Shown here piece by piece: positions 57,368-64,000 of a stretch of DNA of 64,000 bases. Numbering within the stretch: position 1 is the stretch's first letter; the number at the start of each line of letters is the position of its first letter. The notes below the pieces were generated by a model. It made no database searches, was not told the origin of the DNA, and saw only the letters and a list, made by a program, of their open reading frames with translations. Source of the stretch: an uncultured Actinomycetes bacterium (lineage in GTDB: Bacteria; SZUA-79; Acidulodesulfobacterales; Acidulodesulfobacteraceae). Location of the stretch: NCBI GenBank assembly GCA_964631685.1, contig CAZVZU010000005.1:77079-141078 (forward strand), given 5' to 3'. A program made the position numbers and the translations under genes.

Positions 57368-58663
57368 ATGAAAACCGTTATAACCATAGTTGGAATATCT
57401 ATATTTACTAATTACGAATCTGAGCGTCCGGGGGTCCATAGTGATTCAATATCAGATCTGGAGTTTTTGCCTTTTGCAAGATGGGATGAATACAGGGAGG
57501 ATATAAGCGCAATACGAAGGGATATAATCAAATGGGCTAATAATAAGTCTTCTGCCGAGATTAAAAGCCTGATTGAAATAAAGAATAAGTATAAAGATCC
57601 GCAGTTGTATGCAATATTATTGACTACCGATACAATTTTATCATACCTAGCGGCTGAGATAATAAAGAAATATTTTGAAAATAATGATGATATTTCAATA
57701 TGTGATAAGATCACCCGTATAAATTCATTGCAAGTAGAAGATTGCAATGAATTTAAAAAAGGTAGAGATAATCTTATACGTGAGATACAAAAACTGGCAA
57801 AAGAGGGATTAGATCCAGAAAAAGACAATGCTAAAAACATATTTAAAAACATTGAGGATAATTATGTACTTAACATTTCGGGCGGATACAAGATAATAAT
57901 TCCTACCATGACCATTATATCTCAGATATATAAAATGAGATCTTTCTATATCTTTGAAAATAGTCATGATTTAATTGAAAGTGAGCTGATGCCGTTAGGT
58001 TTTGATGGTTTTCTTCTTGAAAAACTCTATTTTTCAATTGACATGTTGAAACATCAAAAAAAAGATTACGCGAAAGTCGATCGAGACATAAGGAAGGAAC
58101 TTGAATCTGCTAATTTCGTTTATAACAATAAGGTAACAGCGTTGGGCGGACTTTTTCATGAGTATGTTCGCTATAATAGAGAAATTAGCGGCAATATCTT
58201 AGGGTATTTTGTGGGATACAAGTTATATGAATATTTCCACGAAAGTAAAAAATACAATGATATTAAACATAGTTATTGTGAGGGAAGGCATAGAGAGCTT
58301 GATTTTGTACTCAATAATAAAATCATCGTTGAAGTTAAACCGATGGCATCATTTTTAGACGATAGGGCATCAAGGAAGATTCGAGAACAGACAAAAGGGC
58401 AAATAGAGCAATATCAAGAAAAGTACAAAGAACACCGACTTTATCTCTACACATCGTATAAAGAAATAACAAGTAAAGATGTAGAAATAAAGCAAAATAT
58501 AAAAAAATTATATTCTCAGTTAAGTGTTGAGTTTTCAAATATTAAATTTGAATGTTTTGAAGTTTATTGGTCGTTAAAAAAACAAGATTGCAATAATTAT
58601 CAGGAATTCATGAGGGGCAAATTGGAAAATAAAGACATTACCAGTATAGACACAATAAATTAG
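57368..58663 (+). CDS. CARF protein (APE2256/Crn1-type) fused to HTH-like linker and PD-(D/E)xK nuclease-like domain
   Basis: VGIS, SAEIKSL, TDT..S..AAEI, LQV.D..F..G..NL, NISGGYK..P, YIFE; then VTALG; then ELDF..IIVEVK. Confidence 0.75.
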   Translation: MKTVITIVGISIFTNYESERPGVHSDSISDLEFLPFARWDEYREDISAIRRDIIKWANNKSSAEIKSLIEIKNKYKDPQLYAILLTTDTILSYLAAEIIKKYFENNDDISICDKITRINSLQVEDCNEFKKGRDNLIREIQKLAKEGLDPEKDNAKNIFKNIEDNYVLNISGGYKIIIPTMTIISQIYKMRSFYIFENSHDLIESELMPLGFDGFLLEKLYFSIDMLKHQKKDYAKVDRDIRKELESANFVYNNKVTALGGLFHEYVRYNREISGNILGYFVGYKLYEYFHESKKYNDIKHSYCEGRHRELDFVLNNKIIVEVKPMASFLDDRASRKIREQTKGQIEQYQEKYKEHRLYLYTSYKEITSKDVEIKQNIKKLYSQLSVEFSNIKFECFEVYWSLKKQDCNNYQEFMRGKLENKDITSIDTIN

Positions 58664-58675
58664 GAGGTAAAAAAG

Positions 58676-59617
58676 GTGTATAAATTAGCTAAGCCGTTTT
58701 TTATTATTGCAGAAACGCCGTTTCATGCGGGAAGTGGGCAGGATTTGGGCATGGTTGATATGCCAATTCAAAGGGAAAGGCATACTGATTTTCCTAAAAT
58801 TGAAGGCTCGGGATTAAAAGGCAGTATCCGTAAAGCCTTTGAGGAATTATTACATGATGTCGCGTTCAAAAAAGCAATCTCCTTGGCATTCGGTCCCGAA
58901 GAAGGCGATGCGCATGCAGGCGCCTTTGGCTTTACGGATGCCTGTCTATTGCTGTTTCCCGTAAAATCTATGAAGGGTATTTTTGCGTGGATTACCTGCC
59001 CTAAGGTGTTAGATAGATTTAATCTTGATCTCCAACTTGCAAAAGTCAAAAAGATCCCTACGATGCCGGCAGAAAAAAATACACCGAATGGTTGCAAGCT
59101 GTTCTTTAAAGACGACAAGATAATCCTTGAGGAATACACATTTGCAATAACTACAGATAAGGATGAAAACGGCGATTGTTCGAAATTTACCGAGTGGCTT
59201 TCAGAAAAATTATTCCCAAACGATGACGAACGTGGCTATCAATATGAAAAGATTAAAAAAGATGTCGTGGTATTGTCGGATGATGATTTCCGTGATTTTG
59301 TAAATCTTTTTACTGAGGTAACAACAAGAACCAAAATAAACAATGAAACGGGTACCGTTGAGCCCGGAGCGCTTTTTACGGAGGAATACCTGCCAACGGA
59401 GACAATTATGTATTCCCTTGCTCTCTCCACGCCTATTTTTAATAAAGATAAAGACATCCTTAGTGCCACAAAAATAGAAGAAATAGAAGAAAAGGAAGAG
59501 GGTCTTGTCATGAAATTATTTAGTGAACACATCCCTAAAGTAATGCAGATTGGCGGTAACGCAACCATAGGCAAAGGTATCGTGCAAATAGTAGTTTTGG
59601 AGGATAACAATGGGTAA
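58676..59617 (+). CDS. cmr4: Cmr4 RAMP backbone
   Basis: TPFHAGSG..VDMPIQRE..P.I.GS.LKG, GALFTEEYLP.ET, QIGGNATIGKG. Confidence 0.93.
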   Translation: MYKLAKPFFIIAETPFHAGSGQDLGMVDMPIQRERHTDFPKIEGSGLKGSIRKAFEELLHDVAFKKAISLAFGPEEGDAHAGAFGFTDACLLLFPVKSMKGIFAWITCPKVLDRFNLDLQLAKVKKIPTMPAEKNTPNGCKLFFKDDKIILEEYTFAITTDKDENGDCSKFTEWLSEKLFPNDDERGYQYEKIKKDVVVLSDDDFRDFVNLFTEVTTRTKINNETGTVEPGALFTEEYLPTETIMYSLALSTPIFNKDKDILSATKIEEIEEKEEGLVMKLFSEHIPKVMQIGGNATIGKGIVQIVVLEDNNG

Positions 59618-60022
59618 TTCAATTACTGTAATAAAGAATCTTGAGCGGGAAAGAGCCAAATTTGCTTTTGATTATGTCAAAAAAATTAATGAGAAACGCA
59701 GAATAAAGTTTAAATCGCACGTGCAAAGTTTTCCTATGCTAGTTAAAACAAACGGATTAGGCGCTTCAGTTGTCTTTTTGTTCTCAAAGAGAGATAAAAA
59801 GAGGATAATGCGTATAAAGACGTCGGAGAGAGTATTTTCGGCTGATTACAAAAGGACGGCAAATATAAAGATTATGGGATTAAAGAATTGAATAATTTAC
59901 AGGGTTTGTCGGAGGCAATAATGACAATAGATTCTGCGCAATATCGGGGTTTAACTATAGAAATTTTATCATTTTTTAACTGGCTTAGGAGATTTGCCGA
60001 GGGGTTAACGGAGGATAAATAA
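59610..60022 (+). pseudogene. cmr5: Cmr5 with frameshift (A5 run 59796-59800) and in-frame TGA (59843-59845)
   Basis: RAKFA..P.LV.TNGLG..F..SK, then in the shifted frame EDNAYKDVGESIFG*LQ...YRGLT.EIL..FNWLRRFAEG, stop 60020-60022. Confidence 0.85.
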
Positions 60023-60023
60023 A

Positions 60024-61043
60024 ATGATTCTTAAAATGGGGCTACCTAAGGATACAATGGAGATAATAAATTACGAAGATATAGACAATGTTAACCTCAA
60101 ATTGAACAAAGCGGTGCGATATGAAAAAAATGACAAAGATCCTCCAAAGTCCAGATTTATTTTTTTCAAATCAGGTGAAAAAGGGACGCTTATGTCTAAT
60201 TCGGGTCATGATTCAAGATATGTTAATGGACCGTTATACCGCTACAGAAGCAATATTAAGAAGTTAAATATGTCAATAAAAACGGCAAGATTCAAATCGG
60301 ATTGGCGCCTCATAGTCGGTCTCGGCAATGAATCAGTACACGAAACATCAATGGCATTACATCATATTTATGGGATACCGTATATTCCTGGTAGCGCTGT
60401 CAAAGGGGCAATTAGGAATTATTATATCAATGAGATATTTGAGGATATTGGTTTGAAAGATAGAAAACAAGTTGATATTATCGAAAGGGTGCTTGAGGAT
60501 TTCAATATCGCAGAGGATAGGAATTTGGATCACGAAGCCTTCAAGAAAAAATTTGCCGGAGATGAAATTTTATTTAGATATTTTAGTGGTAACAATACTG
60601 ATATTATTAACTTTCAAAATATTTTCGGTACCCCAAAGAAGATTGGCAAGATCATCTTCTTTGATGCCTATCCTTGCAATGGTCATGACGATGGACATTA
60701 TGAATTCAGTATTAAACTTGATATTATTAATGTTCATTATCCTAATTATTACGGGGGTGATAAGCCTCCGGCAGATTATCAGAACCCCAACCTAATTCAG
60801 TTTTTGACGGTGGAAAAAACTATTTTTGAGTTCATGTTAGGTACAAAGAAAAAAGATAACGATATAATTAAAAATGGTAAATTCGAAGGCAAGAATCTAC
60901 TGGAAGCAGCTTATGAAAATATGCAAAAAACTTTAAGTGAGCATGGCATAGGCGCTAAAACCGCAGTAGGCTACGGATATTTAAACGAAGTCAGTGCGGA
61001 CAATAAAAGTAATGTTTCGGCGCAGCGGAAAAAGAGCCGCTAA
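60024..61043 (+). CDS. cmr6: Cmr6 RAMP
   Basis: RLIVGLG..ET..LHHIYGIPYIPGSAVKG, FFDAYP, DI.N.HY..YY, GIGAKTAVGYG. Confidence 0.93.
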   Translation: MILKMGLPKDTMEIINYEDIDNVNLKLNKAVRYEKNDKDPPKSRFIFFKSGEKGTLMSNSGHDSRYVNGPLYRYRSNIKKLNMSIKTARFKSDWRLIVGLGNESVHETSMALHHIYGIPYIPGSAVKGAIRNYYINEIFEDIGLKDRKQVDIIERVLEDFNIAEDRNLDHEAFKKKFAGDEILFRYFSGNNTDIINFQNIFGTPKKIGKIIFFDAYPCNGHDDGHYEFSIKLDIINVHYPNYYGGDKPPADYQNPNLIQFLTVEKTIFEFMLGTKKKDNDIIKNGKFEGKNLLEAAYENMQKTLSEHGIGAKTAVGYGYLNEVSADNKSNVSAQRKKSR

Positions 61044-61106
61044 TTAATATACTTAGTGGCATAAATAGTGATAATAAAATCAAATCTTAATATAAAATAT
61101 TAAAAT

Positions 61107-62339
61107 ATGGCTAAAATACTTATAGCGTCGCTTGGTACGGGCGCAAAACAAGAAGGTAGATATAAGGTTGCAACATATGAAATTGAAGGGAAATGCTATG
61201 AGGAAAGTATTATCGCCAAGGCGCTGTATAATCATATCAAGTTTGATAAGATCTTCATGATTGGAACATCAAAATCGATGTGGGATGCGGTTTATGATGC
61301 ATTCGGCGGCAAAGATGAACTATCCTTAAAACTGTATAGTAAACAGGATAATGGCGAGATATTAGAAAGCGATCTGCTACCTATTATAGAAATATGGAAA
61401 GACAATTTCGGTATGACCGGCTCAAAAATATTTGTTGTCGATTATGGGTTGAATGACGACCAGTTATGGAGCAATTTTGAAACCTATTTTAAGATAGCGG
61501 AATATATTGAAAATGATGATGAGATATACCTGGACATAACTCATTCATTTCGATCTCTATCGTTAATGTCTTATATTATGCTTGATTTTATCAAGTCTAT
61601 GCAGCAAAAGAAATTTACCGTTGAGGCAATATTTTACGGGATGTTTGAATATACCCATGAACCTTCAAATACAAAAAACATTACGCCCATAATAAATTTA
61701 AAGATTTTATTTGAAATTAATGAATGGATAAAAGCAATATCGGCATTTAAAAATTATGGCAGAACCGAATTGATAGCTGAAAATTTTAATAAATTATTAG
61801 GAAAGGATGATGAAATAACAAAATACTTTTCTAGATTTTCCGAGAATATCTCCATTGCGAATCTTGCCGCAATTAAATCCTTCGTAAGTAGGGTAAAAAA
61901 TAAATTATCTACTCTCGAGAAATCAAATTATTTTATAACTAAAACAATCTTAAAAGATCTGATCGAATTTGTAGCAAGAATGGACAAAAAATATTTATCC
62001 GATTTTCAGCTTGAAATGGCAAAATGGTTTCGTGAAAGTAAAAATTATGCGATGAGCTATATAGTTTTGACAGAATCGATCGTTTCCAGAGTATGTGAGA
62101 TAGAAGGCATTGGTTTAGAATCGGAACAGGATAGGGGAGAAGCAAAAAAACAACTAAGTAACAAGTCTGAATATAAGCTCCTAAAAGGAAGGCATATAAC
62201 ATTAAACAAAGTGAGGAACAATATTGCCCATCAGCTGTCTGGCAGGGATACATGCATAATCAGTGATATTAAGAACCTAGAGAAAAGTATAGACAATATT
62301 GAAAAAGAGTTCCAAAACCTGGGCAGGATAATAGGTTGA
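61107..62339 (+). CDS. csx1: Csx1-family CARF-HEPN ancillary ribonuclease (TM1812-like)
   Basis: SLGTG..Y..A.Y, IGT..SMW, DITHSFRSL (DxTHG-like), HEPN RNNIAH. Confidence 0.88.
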   Translation: MAKILIASLGTGAKQEGRYKVATYEIEGKCYEESIIAKALYNHIKFDKIFMIGTSKSMWDAVYDAFGGKDELSLKLYSKQDNGEILESDLLPIIEIWKDNFGMTGSKIFVVDYGLNDDQLWSNFETYFKIAEYIENDDEIYLDITHSFRSLSLMSYIMLDFIKSMQQKKFTVEAIFYGMFEYTHEPSNTKNITPIINLKILFEINEWIKAISAFKNYGRTELIAENFNKLLGKDDEITKYFSRFSENISIANLAAIKSFVSRVKNKLSTLEKSNYFITKTILKDLIEFVARMDKKYLSDFQLEMAKWFRESKNYAMSYIVLTESIVSRVCEIEGIGLESEQDRGEAKKQLSNKSEYKLLKGRHITLNKVRNNIAHQLSGRDTCIISDIKNLEKSIDNIEKEFQNLGRIIG

Positions 62340-62382
62340 TTGTTATTAGGCGTATCACAAATTACGGAGGGAAATCACTATA

Positions 62383-63378
62383 GTGAAGCGTTCTATTTAT
62401 ATATTTTCCAATGGGAGATTAAAACGAAAAGATAGTACACTATTTTTTGAGGATGAAAAGGGTGCTAAAAGATTTATTCCCGTTGAGAATACAAATGAGA
62501 TCTTTAGTTTTGGCGAGATAGATCTTAATACAAAAATATTAAATTTCCTTTCACAAAAGGAAATAATCCTTCATTATTTTAATTACTACGGCTATTATGC
62601 GGGCACCATTTATCCGCGTGAGCACTATAATTCAGGGTTCATGATATTAAGACAGGCTGATTATTACATGAATAATGAAAAAAGAGTATTCATTGCAAGT
62701 GGATTTATCAAAGGAGCTGCAAAAAATTGCCTAAAGATACTAAAATATTACGAAAGACGCGGCAAAATGCTCAATGATGTGGTAAAAGAAAGTGAACGTT
62801 TATTGTCCACACTTGAGGAACAAACTTCGATAGAGCAATCTATGGCCATTGAAGGTCAGTTAAAACAGACCTATTACAAGGGTTTTGATGCCATAATTGA
62901 GGATGAAGATTTTAATTTTTCGGGACGCAGTAGACGTCCACCTAAAAATTTTATCAATGCAATGATCAGTTTTTCTAATTCGTTGATCTATTCTTACTGT
63001 CTTAGTGAGATTTACCAGACTCATCTTGATCCAAGAATAGGTTATCTGCATTCGACAAATTTTAGAAGATTTACGCTTAATCTTGACGTAGCAGAGATTT
63101 TTAAGCCTATAATTGGGGATAGAACTATTTTTGCTCTAGTCAATAAAGGTATCATCACACATACTGATTTTGAAAAGGCATTAGACGGAATTGTATTGAA
63201 TGACAAAGGAAGGAAGAAATTTCTTACGCAAATAGAAGAAAAGTTAAAGCAAACCATTAATCATTCAACCTTAAAAAAACAGGTTAGTTACAGGAGATTA
63301 ATAAGGCTTGAGTTGTATAAATTGGAAAAACATTTAATGAATGAAAAGGAATATAAACCGTTTGTTATGGATTGGTGA
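62383..63378 (+). CDS. cas1: Cas1 (type I-B-like)
   Basis: IFSNG.L.RKD, FNYYGYY.G, EG, RRPP.N..NA.ISF, GYLH, LDVAEIFKP. Confidence 0.95.
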   Translation: MKRSIYIFSNGRLKRKDSTLFFEDEKGAKRFIPVENTNEIFSFGEIDLNTKILNFLSQKEIILHYFNYYGYYAGTIYPREHYNSGFMILRQADYYMNNEKRVFIASGFIKGAAKNCLKILKYYERRGKMLNDVVKESERLLSTLEEQTSIEQSMAIEGQLKQTYYKGFDAIIEDEDFNFSGRSRRPPKNFINAMISFSNSLIYSYCLSEIYQTHLDPRIGYLHSTNFRRFTLNLDVAEIFKPIIGDRTIFALVNKGIITHTDFEKALDGIVLNDKGRKKFLTQIEEKLKQTINHSTLKKQVSYRRLIRLELYKLEKHLMNEKEYKPFVMDW

Positions 63379-63379
63379 T

Positions 63380-63646
63380 ATGTTTATTATTTTGTACTAT
63401 GATGTGGGCGAGAAAAGATGCGCAAAAATGCTTAAAACATGCCGAAAATATATTCAATGGGTACAAAATTCCGTATTTGAAGGTGAAATATCAGTGGCAA
63501 AATATGAAAAGTTAGTATATGAAATCAATAGGATCATAAAACTTAATGAAGGTGATTCTGTGATTGCATATCAATTTAGAACAACAAAATATACAAAGAG
63601 ATTAGTTTATGGCAAAGACAAAAAGGATGATATCCAATTTATTTAA
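63380..63646 (+). CDS. cas2: Cas2 (start ATG 63380)
   Basis: IILYYDV..R..K..K..W.QNSVFEG, DSV. Confidence 0.93.
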   Translation: MFIILYYDVGEKRCAKMLKTCRKYIQWVQNSVFEGEISVAKYEKLVYEINRIIKLNEGDSVIAYQFRTTKYTKRLVYGKDKKDDIQFI

Positions 63647-63968
63647 TTTATTCACATACAAACCTTCATCAAGTTTTATTGTTTTTCAGATTAAGAAGAC
63701 AAATCCGTTTTGTTAAAATGTAGTTGCATAGGATTGTAGGTTAGAATTTATGACGGGAAAGGATGACAATTTTTCGTATAAGTGTATAAAACAATGTCCG
63801 TATATCAGCAGAGATTCTTAATAATAGATTAAAAGATTTTTCTGTTGATCCCTGCTAGTGCTAAAATCCCCGGAGTTCGACAGAAAAATAAGTACAAAAA
63901 AGCTTGAATATTTATAAGAATTCCTATATCATATAGATGTACATATTAACAACGGCGTTTTTATTGCT
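63647..63968 (+). promoter_or_regulatory. CRISPR leader (AT-rich) with internal inverted repeat
   Basis: Non-coding region between cas2 and the repeat; TTTTTCTGTTGA(63837-63848)...TCGACAGAAAAA(63877-63888). Confidence 0.75.
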
Positions 63969-63998
63969 GTTTTTACTCTACCTATAAGGAATTGAAAC
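63969..63998 (+). CRISPR. First CRISPR repeat; array probably continues beyond the window
   Basis: 30-nt GTTTTTACTCTACCTATAAGGAATTGAAAC with GTTT start and ATTGAAAC 3' handle, directly after the cas2 leader. Only one copy is visible. Confidence 0.8.
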
Positions 63999-64000
63999 TT

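Noticed and set aside
53616..59845. Genome-wide TGA reassignment as an explanation for the cmr stops
   Set aside because: Well-defined genes (porB, merA, mqnE, cas3, cas4, cas1) end in TGA at their expected C-termini, and other cmr lesions are a TAA and frameshifts.

Overview
AT-rich bacterial chromosome segment with a deltaproteobacterial-like gene repertoire. An acid/metal-rich niche such as Ca. Acidulodesulfobacterales is plausible, but this is inference only. 1-21.3 kb: housekeeping run (pheA 3' end, metF, porCDAB, folD, metV, hisC, aroF, tyrA, aroA, ispH, rpsA, sppA, HIT, lapA, miaA, tRNA nucleotidyltransferase, pgi, hflX). 21.3-24 kb: minimal merR-merA unit with a clear MerR operator. 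24-32 kb: protein quality-control cluster (hsp20, a divergent Hsp100/Clp ATPase, DUF1844-like, clpB, and degP behind a sigma54-type promoter). 32-43 kb: selB, futalosine-type menaquinone genes, carD-yacL, and an opposite-strand ispF-ispD-(CxxCH protein)-gltX block. 43-46.3 kb: minor-pilin cluster with a poly-Pro lipoprotein, then an MFS transporter. 46.5-64 kb: composite CRISPR-Cas locus. It has an intact type I-A-like Cascade whose Cas3 is a helicase-HD fusion and whose cas8 has an apparent internal Cas11 start. A type III-B (Cmr) block lies between cas4 and cas1 and carries five disrupting lesions (cmr1, cas10, cmr3, two in cmr5). That block also encodes an unusual Crn1/APE2256-type CARF-HTH-PD-(D/E)xK protein and an intact Csx1. 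The window ends with cas1-cas2, the leader and the first 30-nt CRISPR repeat. All product calls come from motif recognition; no database searches were run.
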